From positions 1-48,046 of the forward strand of contig JABGVJ010000050.1 of NCBI GenBank assembly GCA_018646105.1: a stretch of 48,046 nucleotides of DNA. Reading direction: 5' to 3'. This document shows, in pieces, positions 27,064 to 35,576 of this stretch. The notes under the pieces were generated by a model that did no database searches, was not told the DNA's origin, and saw only the letters and a list, made by a program, of their open reading frames with translations. Within the stretch, counting starts at the first letter, position 1. Each line of letters begins with the position of its first letter. This DNA comes from a bacterium. GTDB taxonomy: Bacteria > Margulisbacteria > Marinamargulisbacteria > JABGVJ01. Both the position numbers and the translations under genes were made by a program.

Positions 27064-29832
27064 ATGTCTCCAAAAATTCTATTATTCGGCGGCACCTTTG
27101 ATCCTTTGCACAATGGACACCTGGCCATTCTCAACCAAACCCAAAAACATCAATCCTTTCACAAAATCATCATTATTCCTTCGTATACCCCTCCACTCAA
27201 AAATCAAAGTCTTGCATCTGCCAACGACCGGCTAAACATGTTGAAACTGTTTTGCCAGCGTCACCCCAATCATGAACTTCTAGACTTTGAAATTCAAAAA
27301 AAAGGTATTTCCTACAGTATAGACACCATCAATCATGTACAAAACATGTACCCCAATCATGAACTATACTTTTTAATCGGATCCGACAATTTTTTTATGT
27401 TTCATCAATGGCACAACTATTCCAAAATTCTTCAAAAAACTAAACTTATCATTATCAACCGCACCAAAATTAAAAAAGAAATTTATTTTCAAGCGAAGCG
27501 CGAGTCGCGCAAATTTTTAAATTTGCATGACAGAGTGAGCGCCGAAAAGAAAGGTTTAAATACCCTTTATCTAAATTATCATCAAAAATATTTATCCACT
27601 TTTCCTTTATCTCAATTTATTTTTCTTGATATCCAACCCATTCCCATCTCTTCTACTGATATCCGTCAAAAAGTAGCGCACCATCAAAACATATCCAGTT
27701 TAGTCCCTCCCTATATTGCTCAATATATCCTAAACCATCAGTTATATCAGACTACGTCCTCCCCACTCATCCTTGGCGTCACAGGACAAGCTGGGTCTGG
27801 CAAAAGTACCGCCGCTCAAATATTGCAATCCGCCTACCCCTTTACCATCATAGATTTAGACCAAATCGGTCATCACGTATTAACCAACCCAAAAATCAAA
27901 GCCAAACTCATCCATCAATTTGGTCCGCAAATATTAGACAAAGATCAAAATATTGATCGTACCAAACTAGGTTCTTTGGTCTTTAATAACCCTCATAACC
28001 TCAAATTTTTAAATAAACTAGTACATCCTCAAATCAAAAAACAAACTCTAAACATCCTTTATCGTTCAAAAAAACATCCTTACTTAATCGTTGGTGCCCT
28101 CCTCCAAAAAATAGGGTTAAAAAAATATTGCCATTATATTCTTAATATTGAAGCGCCTGATCAAAAAATAAAAAATATCAGTCCGCAAAAATACCAAATC
28201 ACAAAATTACAAAAAAATAAAAAAGCTTATCAACAACAAGCAAATCACACCCTGCAAAACTCCTTTAATTCAAGTTTTGAAACCGCGTGTTTAAAACAAC
28301 TTAGCTCCATCCTCAAAAAACCTCTACCTAGCAAACTTTTTTCTTTGCCCAATCTTTCAGCTACACTTGTATCCGCAGTTTTAGCCGCACTCATTTTTCA
28401 ATACCCTTATTTCTATCCGGCATTATATATTTTCTTTATTCCTATCCTCTTTCGTCTTGAAAAAAATCCGCCTAAAAACAACTTTTTCTTAGGTCTAATT
28501 TTTGGATTTATTTTTATGAGTATCTTTCACTCCTGGTTATTAGCTTTAAAAGGTTTTGCGCCGCTTCCTATACTTTGTTTAGCTTGGATTTTACTCTCAT
28601 TATATTTAAGTTTCTTTTATGCGGGTATTTTTGCTTTTTATTCCTATATATCTCAAAAAATACAAACTATCTCCAAATCCAAAAAATCGTTTTTCTTCAA
28701 CCAAGCCAAACTTACTGCTAGTTATTTACTTTTACCTTTCATCTGGTCAATTGGGGAACTTTGTAAAACATTTGGAATTTTAGGCAGTCCTGGTGGCGTA
28801 CTAGGTTATGCTCAAACTATCCATCCCCTAGCCTTGCAGCCGGCTGTTCTTTTCAGCGTATTCGGTCTTTCGTTTATGATTATGCTGATCAATTTCTGTT
28901 TATACAAATTACTTAAAAACATATTTTCTTCTCCTATGATTTCCAAAAAAGCTGTTTTCACTCTTATCTCAGTCCTAATCTTTATAATCATAGCTACCTA
29001 TAGTTTTGGTCATTATCGTTTAAGTCATAAAACACTTCCTTTTATTACCTCGCGCTGGTCGCCTCCTCCCACACAAATATATTCTGCCACTAGCAAAATA
29101 GATATCAGTCTCATTCAAGGAAACCATACTCAAAAATACAAAATGAATTCTCAAAATTGGAACCAAATACGCCAAAATTATCTACACCTAACCAAAAAAG
29201 TAGCGCCATTCTCAACTTTGATCATCTGGCCCGAAACTTTTCTCCCTAGCTTAAATTTAGAAAATAAACCTTTTATAAAAAAATTACAAAAAATAAGCAA
29301 CCAATACAACTCCTACATTCTTTTTGGTACCCCTATTTATCAAAACCAAAAATACTATAATGCCGCCGCTATCATGACGCCTCACGGCCTAGCCAAAACT
29401 ATCTATCAAAAACAACGTCTAATGCCTTTTGGTGAATACTTACCTCTAAAATCCTTTTTCGATTTTCTCCATCTTCGCCTACTATCATCTTCGGAATTTA
29501 GTACGCCAAAAAAAAGAACGCTACTTACCATTAACCAGCTCAAACTAGGCCTAGGTATTTGTCTAGAATCCGTCTATCCTCAATATTTTAAATATGATAC
29601 CCAGCAAGGAGCTCAGCTACTAATCGTTCTTGCCAATAATGCCTGGTTTGGTTCATCTTCAGCCGCGCGTAAACATTTACAAATCAGCATCCTTCGCGCT
29701 GTAGAAAACAACAAACCCTTAATCCAAATAGCCAATACCGGACTATCGGCTATCATTGATGCTCAAGGAAAAATCCTCAACAACCCCGTTCTTAATCAAA
29801 GAAAAATTATCTACGCTACTTTTTTCTACTAA
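27064..29832 (+). CDS. nadD/coaE/lnt: Single 922-aa ORF fusing NadD (nicotinate-nucleotide adenylyltransferase), CoaE (dephospho-CoA kinase) and Lnt (apolipoprotein N-acyltransferase)
   Basis: NadD: LFGGTFDPLHNGHL and ISSTDIR. CoaE: ILGVTGQAGSGKST, DLDQIGH, VHPQI. Lnt: a multi-TM N-terminal part, then a CN-hydrolase domain with IIWPET, YQKQRLMPFGEYLP, LGICLESVYP and ANNAWFG. There is no in-frame stop, and no ATG near either domain junction. Confidence 0.8.
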   Translation: MSPKILLFGGTFDPLHNGHLAILNQTQKHQSFHKIIIIPSYTPPLKNQSLASANDRLNMLKLFCQRHPNHELLDFEIQKKGISYSIDTINHVQNMYPNHELYFLIGSDNFFMFHQWHNYSKILQKTKLIIINRTKIKKEIYFQAKRESRKFLNLHDRVSAEKKGLNTLYLNYHQKYLSTFPLSQFIFLDIQPIPISSTDIRQKVAHHQNISSLVPPYIAQYILNHQLYQTTSSPLILGVTGQAGSGKSTAAQILQSAYPFTIIDLDQIGHHVLTNPKIKAKLIHQFGPQILDKDQNIDRTKLGSLVFNNPHNLKFLNKLVHPQIKKQTLNILYRSKKHPYLIVGALLQKIGLKKYCHYILNIEAPDQKIKNISPQKYQITKLQKNKKAYQQQANHTLQNSFNSSFETACLKQLSSILKKPLPSKLFSLPNLSATLVSAVLAALIFQYPYFYPALYIFFIPILFRLEKNPPKNNFFLGLIFGFIFMSIFHSWLLALKGFAPLPILCLAWILLSLYLSFFYAGIFAFYSYISQKIQTISKSKKSFFFNQAKLTASYLLLPFIWSIGELCKTFGILGSPGGVLGYAQTIHPLALQPAVLFSVFGLSFMIMLINFCLYKLLKNIFSSPMISKKAVFTLISVLIFIIIATYSFGHYRLSHKTLPFITSRWSPPPTQIYSATSKIDISLIQGNHTQKYKMNSQNWNQIRQNYLHLTKKVAPFSTLIIWPETFLPSLNLENKPFIKKLQKISNQYNSYILFGTPIYQNQKYYNAAAIMTPHGLAKTIYQKQRLMPFGEYLPLKSFFDFLHLRLLSSSEFSTPKKRTLLTINQLKLGLGICLESVYPQYFKYDTQQGAQLLIVLANNAWFGSSSAARKHLQISILRAVENNKPLIQIANTGLSAIIDAQGKILNNPVLNQRKIIYATFFY
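27498..27526. repeat. Two abutting perfect palindromes inside the nadD-domain coding sequence
   Basis: gcgcga-g-tcgcgc (27498-27510) and gcaaattt-tt-aaatttgc (27509-27526). They are locally GC-rich and encode RESRKFLNL. Confidence 0.7.
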
Positions 29833-30785
29833 TATTTCTGCAAAACCGCCGTGACTTCTTGTCTATTATGAAACAAATTACGCATACCGATAATGCGGTA
29901 CTCACTTGCTAAGATTTTTTTAACTTTTCCTATTTTCTGTTTCACTTTAATATGAGGTAATTTTAAAGTCATGACAGCGACACCACTATTTTCCGTCAAC
30001 AAATCAGCCGCTTCTCGCATAATATAGGCTGATTCTATGGCCTCCATTTTCATATCATTTAAAATCACTTCAAAACAGGATTTCTTTTCTACAGCCAAAT
30101 ATTCCTGAATAATTTCTTTATAATGCACAATATTTTCATTTTCTATCAACCGTGAATCCAAATTAGCTGGATCCACCGCCACCACTTGCAACCCTTTTTG
30201 CGCCAAAATACGACTCCATCCGCCTGGTGCCGCCCCTATATCCAAAACATTACCTTGTGTCGGCAACTGCAAAATTCCCAGATCCATCAATTCCAACAAC
30301 TTAAATTCTGCTCTGGATATCTGTTCTTTTTCCACAGCAAAATGACAAGCCCCTCCAGCCCAGGAACTCAAATTTTCTGAAGCCAAAGAAACTCCCAAAT
30401 ACAATTCTTCGTTTTTCACTATCCCAGATACTATCTGGACTGGATTTTTAATTTGTAAAACAAACCCCTTACCAACCAAATAATCCTGCAAAAAACCACG
30501 TAATTCCGAGCTTTTATCTCCTCGTAACTGTATTGAAAAACTTTTTTCCTTACTCAATAAACGCGTCAATTCAGCTAATACTGCAAATAACTGCTGTTTA
30601 TCTTTCTGGCCCGCTAAATCAACTTTAAATTGAAAAGGACAAACATGCCTAATAAAAATAGGGGGGCTAAGTTTAAAAAATGTTTCCAATTCTTTAAAAG
30701 AACCCGTAATTTCAATCAAAAACACACCATTCCAAAATTCCGATATAATTCTAACAAAATTTTTGTATTGACCGACTTCTGACAA
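29829..30785 (-). CDS. FtsJ/RlmM-like SAM-dependent RNA 2'-O-methyltransferase with a THUMP-like N-terminal domain
   Basis: ISRAEFKLLELMDL....GNVLDIGAAPGGWSRILAQKGLQVVAVDPANL matches the RlmM/FtsJ SAM-binding pattern, followed by NDMK. Confidence 0.75.
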   Translation of the reverse strand: MSEVGQYKNFVRIISEFWNGVFLIEITGSFKELETFFKLSPPIFIRHVCPFQFKVDLAGQKDKQQLFAVLAELTRLLSKEKSFSIQLRGDKSSELRGFLQDYLVGKGFVLQIKNPVQIVSGIVKNEELYLGVSLASENLSSWAGGACHFAVEKEQISRAEFKLLELMDLGILQLPTQGNVLDIGAAPGGWSRILAQKGLQVVAVDPANLDSRLIENENIVHYKEIIQEYLAVEKKSCFEVILNDMKMEAIESAYIMREAADLLTENSGVAVMTLKLPHIKVKQKIGKVKKILASEYRIIGMRNLFHNRQEVTAVLQKY

Positions 30786-30832
30786 AGCCTCTTCTGTAAA
30801 TTTTTCTGAACATGTTATACTTATAAAAATTT

Positions 30833-32872
30833 TTATCTCCTCGCCTGTTTTATTTTTGTTGAAATAAACTTTGTCATTTCTTCTTCTTGTAAATAATCAT
30901 CCAAATTTCTCTGCATCCGAGCTACCCAATTACTCTCTTGTTCTACGCCAGGCATATTCATACGTTTATCCGGTTCACCGTACCAAACCGCTAGCATTTC
31001 CCAAAAAGGCAGTAACACAAATATAGAATTCACATCATAAATATCCGCAAAAATCCTTTGCAAATCTTTCTTACGTAGCTTTTCCGGATAAGTAACTTCT
31101 CCCAAATATTCTCTAAAAAATCTATTTTTAACTTCAATACTTGTACTTTCTTCTGTCCACCATTGTTGTACCGTAGATGTATCATGGGTACCCAAAGTCA
31201 AAATCGCCAGCTTGCGTTGCTGCTCTTTCTTAAAACTAGCATCCCATCTCAAAACAGACAGTCCCGGAATACCTAATTCCTCCAACACTTCCGGAACATA
31301 ATCATCCACCAAACCCAAATCTTCTCCACATAACAACAAATTTGTCTTAGTTAAAAGTTCCTTTAAAAAATCTGTTCCCGTGTTACGCCACACCTCCCAA
31401 CTTTCCACTTTCTTTTTATTTAACAAATTATCCAAATTTTGGCGAACCCCTGCCTCCAAATTAAGATATTGCCAAGTATCTTTCCCATAAAAAGTAAAAG
31501 CATAAGCCTCTGCCACATCCAAATAAGGAACAATCATATTCTGTAACCTTCGTCTTTGTAAATTAATACAACTTACTTCGTCTTTGCTAAATCCATCCTC
31601 TAATAATTTTTCAGTAAAACCATCTTCATTTTCTTCCAAATTCTGTTCCTGCGACCAACCAATCTTTCGGTCCTTTTCTACCCAAATCGCCCAGCCTTTA
31701 GCTACCAATCTAGCGGCCAATTCTTCCAAATAATGTTTATCTGTCACAAATCCTTCTTTACCACAAAATCTTTGAGGATCTGTAATACCACATGTCTTTA
31801 ATTCTTTTTCAGTCAAATAATAATATTCTTTACCTTTAACTTGTTCATAAAAAAAACCTTGATTAGCAATATTCCCTCGCTTTTTAGACCAAATAAAAAG
31901 TCTAAACATTCCTAATATATGGTCAATGCGAACTAAATCCATATATTTTTCCGCAAATTTAAATTTAGCTATAAAATAATCTTTAGCCTTAGGTTGTTCC
32001 CAATTCAAAGGAGGCATACCCCAGGCCTGTCCCGCTTTTGCAAACATATCCGGAGGTGCTCCCGCACCAAAATCCAACAAAAAACAATCTTGCTGACTCC
32101 AAACATCCGCACTATCCTGACTAACCAATAAAGGAACGTCTCCCTCCAAAAAAACCTTTTTAGTTTGGGCATATACCCGTACCCGCTCCAACTGTTCTAA
32201 AGCTTCCATTTGTAAAAAAATAAAAAAATCAACTTCAAATTTATTTTCCTTATAAAAAACTTTTAATCGTTCTACACTATAATCTCGCAACTCTTGATCC
32301 TGCCAATCCTGCCAAGCTATATCCTTATTTTCTTTTTTAAGAACCATAAATAAAGCATACGGCAGTACCCAAGCATGTTCTTTTTTAAAAAATTCTAAAT
32401 CTTTAGCTATTTTCTTTTGCACACATTTGTATATCATTTGTAAAATAACGAGTTTATTTTTTCTTACCTCCACATAATGTACAATTTCTTTTTTCTCCCA
32501 TTTATACGCCTTTTCTAGCAATTCTCCTATTTTGTATCTATACGCTGCCAACAAATCTTCTTTGTATTTTCCCAATACATCTTTAATCGCTATATATACT
32601 GGATTCAAGGCAAAGCCACTCATTGCGGCATAAGGCCATAAATTCCTTTCGCCACTATCATTAAGCGGCAAAATCTGCACAATAGTCTCCGCTCTTTTAT
32701 ACGCGAAATCTATATAAAGCCGTAAATCCGCAAAATCACCAATGCCCAGGCTTGCTCTACTACGCAAAAACGAAACAGGCACTATAGTACCTGCTCTTTT
32801 GCCTAAACCTAGCTTTTCCCAGCTTTTTTTACTTGGAGTATTTAATAGAAAAACATCCGTTTGTTTTTTCAT
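30833..32872 (-). CDS. malQ: 4-alpha-glucanotransferase (amylomaltase, GH77), long form
   Basis: KRAGTIVPVSFLRS..SLGIGDF, QILPLND, SPYAAMSGFALNPVYI, VRIDHILG, LCGEDLG and LGTHDT are GH77 signature motifs. Start trimmed to MKKQTDVF (ATG at 32872) because the ORF-track extension runs through a tRNA gene. Confidence 0.85.
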   Translation of the reverse strand: MKKQTDVFLLNTPSKKSWEKLGLGKRAGTIVPVSFLRSRASLGIGDFADLRLYIDFAYKRAETIVQILPLNDSGERNLWPYAAMSGFALNPVYIAIKDVLGKYKEDLLAAYRYKIGELLEKAYKWEKKEIVHYVEVRKNKLVILQMIYKCVQKKIAKDLEFFKKEHAWVLPYALFMVLKKENKDIAWQDWQDQELRDYSVERLKVFYKENKFEVDFFIFLQMEALEQLERVRVYAQTKKVFLEGDVPLLVSQDSADVWSQQDCFLLDFGAGAPPDMFAKAGQAWGMPPLNWEQPKAKDYFIAKFKFAEKYMDLVRIDHILGMFRLFIWSKKRGNIANQGFFYEQVKGKEYYYLTEKELKTCGITDPQRFCGKEGFVTDKHYLEELAARLVAKGWAIWVEKDRKIGWSQEQNLEENEDGFTEKLLEDGFSKDEVSCINLQRRRLQNMIVPYLDVAEAYAFTFYGKDTWQYLNLEAGVRQNLDNLLNKKKVESWEVWRNTGTDFLKELLTKTNLLLCGEDLGLVDDYVPEVLEELGIPGLSVLRWDASFKKEQQRKLAILTLGTHDTSTVQQWWTEESTSIEVKNRFFREYLGEVTYPEKLRKKDLQRIFADIYDVNSIFVLLPFWEMLAVWYGEPDKRMNMPGVEQESNWVARMQRNLDDYLQEEEMTKFISTKIKQARR

Positions 32873-32884
32873 GAAGCTCTTTTT

Positions 32885-32958
32885 TGGAGGCGGCACCCAG
32901 ATTCGAACTGGGGATAGCGGTTTTGCAGACCACGGCCTTACCACTTGGCTATGCCGCC
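32885..32958 (-). tRNA. tRNA-Cys (anticodon GCA), CCA encoded
   Basis: The reverse complement reads GGCGGCA-TA-GCC-AAGTGGTAA-GGC-C-GTGGT-CTGCAAA-ACCGC-TATC-CCCAG-TTCGAAT-CTGGG-TGCCGCC-T-CCA. It has a perfect 7-bp acceptor, 5-bp anticodon and T stems, a GTTCGAAT T-loop, anticodon GCA and the U73 discriminator typical of tRNA-Cys. Confidence 0.9.
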
Positions 32959-33182
32959 CGAAAGTAAAGAATTGAAATTTAATTATATACACAAGCTTTC
33001 AGAAACTCAACTCTCACTCACATTATACTTGTCTAAAAAAACATATAATAATAAAATTAAAAAAAGGTTATAATCTATATACATCGACCGAAACGAAAAA
33101 TGGATTTAAAATTTCTAGTTTTTATTTTGGTTCGAGTATAAAGAAATATAATCAATTAAAAGATCTTGGAAGGAGCCCCACC

Positions 33183-33848
33183 TTGAACAAACAAAATAAT
33201 ATCTTAGATGATGAATTAGAATATAACGACGGTTTAGGAGATATGCTTAGAGAAAAAGAATCCCACGAGTTTAGCTGGACTAAAACCATGACTACCAGTT
33301 TAGCCATTCTTGTAATTGTTTTATTAGTCCTTATTCTTATTTTTAGTTTAGGTAAAAAAGCCTTCTTCTCTTCAGAAGACCAAAAACAGCCTATTACTCA
33401 AACAGCTACAATAACTTACTCTGAAATAATAGAAGAGGAAGAAACGCTTCCTACCAAGGAAGAAATTCAACAAGAAATCAGCGAAATCAAATCATCTTTA
33501 GAAAGCATTCAAGCCGAAGAAGAAAAACCAACTAAAGCTATAGTTATGGCCCCTACACAAGCTATCAAAACAACAACTCCCGCCAAAAAAACTGTAGCAG
33601 CAGTACCTCAAAAAGCTATTTATAAAGTTATTGCCGGTACTTTTAGTGATTACAAAAATGCCAAAACTTTTCAAAAACAATTAGCCAAAAAACAAATTAG
33701 CTCATTCATCCGCAACTCTAATCTTAAAAATAAAAAACTATATCAAGTACAAATTGGCGCTTTCAAAACTTACCAACAGGCTTCACAACACATTAAAACT
33801 ATCAAAAGAAAAGGGTTTTCCAGCTATATTATAAAAAGCGGCACCTGA
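33183..33848 (+). CDS. SPOR-domain (peptidoglycan-binding) membrane protein
   Basis: TTG start 7 nt after ggaaggag. One TM helix, an E/K/T-rich linker, and a C-terminal SPOR pattern YKVIAGTFSDYKNAKTFQKQL...YQVQIGAFKTYQQASQHIKTIKRKGFSSYII. Confidence 0.8.
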   Translation: MNKQNNILDDELEYNDGLGDMLREKESHEFSWTKTMTTSLAILVIVLLVLILIFSLGKKAFFSSEDQKQPITQTATITYSEIIEEEETLPTKEEIQQEISEIKSSLESIQAEEEKPTKAIVMAPTQAIKTTTPAKKTVAAVPQKAIYKVIAGTFSDYKNAKTFQKQLAKKQISSFIRNSNLKNKKLYQVQIGAFKTYQQASQHIKTIKRKGFSSYIIKSGT

Positions 33849-33856
33849 CCCAATTA

Positions 33857-34438
33857 ATGCCGAAACCTAAAAGAAAAATTTTTTTAGCTTCTGGATCTCC
33901 CAGAAGAACCGAAATTTTAAAAAAACTTAATATACAACATACCGTTATCAAAAACATTGTTGAAGAAGAAAAAATAGATCCCTTATACCTAAAAAAAAGT
34001 TTGCGTGCTCTGGCTTTTCAAAAAGCCTATCTTTCGCAAAAAAATTATCAGGGCCTAATTATTGGCGTGGATACAATAGTCTCCCTCAACCATAATATAC
34101 TAGGCAAACCCGCTAACCTTTCTGAAGCTCAACAATATTTACATTTTCTATCCCAAAAAACGCATCAAGTTATTTCCGGGATCTGCGTTTACGACAGTAT
34201 CTCTCACACCAAAACTTGTCGCACCGAAACCACCCACGTTACTTTCAAAAAACTTTCCACTCCAGAAATTCAAAACTATTGCCAACAGTATCATGTTTTA
34301 GATAAAGCCGGTGGTTACGCTATTCAAGATTGCCAATCATTTTTTATTTCTAAAATAAAAGGCTCTTTTTACAATGTCATGGGATTACCCGTAACCAGCT
34401 TATTAAATATCTTAAAAAACTATGCTATTATAAGCTGA
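33857..34438 (+). CDS. maf: Maf-family nucleoside-triphosphate pyrophosphatase
   Basis: IFLASGSPRRTEILKKL, GVDTIV, KAGGYAIQ and YNVMGLP motifs. Confidence 0.85.
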   Translation: MPKPKRKIFLASGSPRRTEILKKLNIQHTVIKNIVEEEKIDPLYLKKSLRALAFQKAYLSQKNYQGLIIGVDTIVSLNHNILGKPANLSEAQQYLHFLSQKTHQVISGICVYDSISHTKTCRTETTHVTFKKLSTPEIQNYCQQYHVLDKAGGYAIQDCQSFFISKIKGSFYNVMGLPVTSLLNILKNYAIIS

Positions 34439-34517
34439 ATTCGAGTATATCAAAAATCAAAATCAAAAACTTGTCATAAAACAACAGTTTTGTACCAGGT
34501 TCAAAAGGCAAACATAA

Positions 34518-35576
34518 ATGAAATTTTTAAATAAAATGCTTAGCAAATTCACCAAAGATATTGGCATCGATCTAGGAACCGCAAACACCGTAGTCTTTGT
34601 ACATAATGAAGGTATCGTTTTTCGTGAACCCTCCGTCGTAGCTCTAGACAAAAAAACCGGTGAGGTAATGGCCATTGGAAGAGAAGCACATAACATGGTA
34701 GGCCGTACGCCTGGCAATATCATTGCTGTCCGCCCTATGAAAGACGGAGTTATCGCCGACTTTACCATCACTGAAAAAATGATTCGCTCCTTTATTCAAA
34801 AAGTTATTAAAGGCTCTAGAATTTTTAAACCACGCATACTTATCGGCATTCCCTGGGGCATTACCGAAGTTGAAAAAAGAGCTGTTATTGATGCGGCTAT
34901 GCAAGCAGGCGCTAAAACCGTTTTTCTTATCGAAGAACCCATGGCCGCCGCTATCGGAGCTGGTTTACCCATAGTAGATCCTAAAGGTTATATGGTCATT
35001 GACATTGGTGGCGGCACTACTGAAGTAGCCGTAATTTCACTAGGCGGCATTGTCGAATGCAAATCCGTACGCGTTGCGGGCGATGAATTTAATGAAGCTA
35101 TTATCGCGCACTGCCGCAAAAACTATAATCTTTTAATCGGCGAAAGAATGTCTGAAAAAGTAAAAATAGAACTAGGATCAGCCTATCCTTTAGACGAAGA
35201 AAAAGAGCTTAGCGTCAAAGGAAGAGATCTACTAACTGGTATGCCAAAAAACTTTACCCTGTCATCCGCTGAAATCAGAGACGCTCTCGTTGAACCACTT
35301 TACACTATTATTGAAGCATTACGCACCACCCTAGAAAAAACTCCGCCAGAGCTTTCCGCCGATATCATGGATAACGGTATTTTACTTACTGGTGGAGGTT
35401 CCCTACTGTATGGATTAGATCAACGCTTAAAAGAAGAAACCGGCATTCCCGTGCATCGTGCCGAAGACCCTCTTTCCTCAGTTGCCTTAGGTACGGGCCA
35501 AATTTTAGAAGAAATTGATACGCTTTTACCTGTAATCAGTTCTACTATTACTAATCTATTGCCAGTAAATCTTTAG
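34518..35576 (+). CDS. mreB: Rod-shape-determining protein MreB
   Basis: DIGIDLGTANTVVF, RPMKDGVIADF, EPMAAAIGAGLP, VIDIGGGTTEVAVISLGGIV and GILLTGGGSLL. Confidence 0.95.
   Translation: MKFLNKMLSKFTKDIGIDLGTANTVVFVHNEGIVFREPSVVALDKKTGEVMAIGREAHNMVGRTPGNIIAVRPMKDGVIADFTITEKMIRSFIQKVIKGSRIFKPRILIGIPWGITEVEKRAVIDAAMQAGAKTVFLIEEPMAAAIGAGLPIVDPKGYMVIDIGGGTTEVAVISLGGIVECKSVRVAGDEFNEAIIAHCRKNYNLLIGERMSEKVKIELGSAYPLDEEKELSVKGRDLLTGMPKNFTLSSAEIRDALVEPLYTIIEALRTTLEKTPPELSADIMDNGILLTGGGSLLYGLDQRLKEETGIPVHRAEDPLSSVALGTGQILEEIDTLLPVISSTITNLLPVNL

Noticed and set aside
32873-32992. N-terminal 40-aa extension of the malQ ORF, and the 77-aa plus-strand ORF at 32742-32975
   Set aside because: Both read through the well-formed tRNA-Cys gene at 32885-32958.
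34463-34904. Two minus-strand ORFs (102 aa and 86 aa) over the 5' part of mreB
   Set aside because: They are antisense to an unmistakable MreB coding sequence, so they are shadow ORFs.
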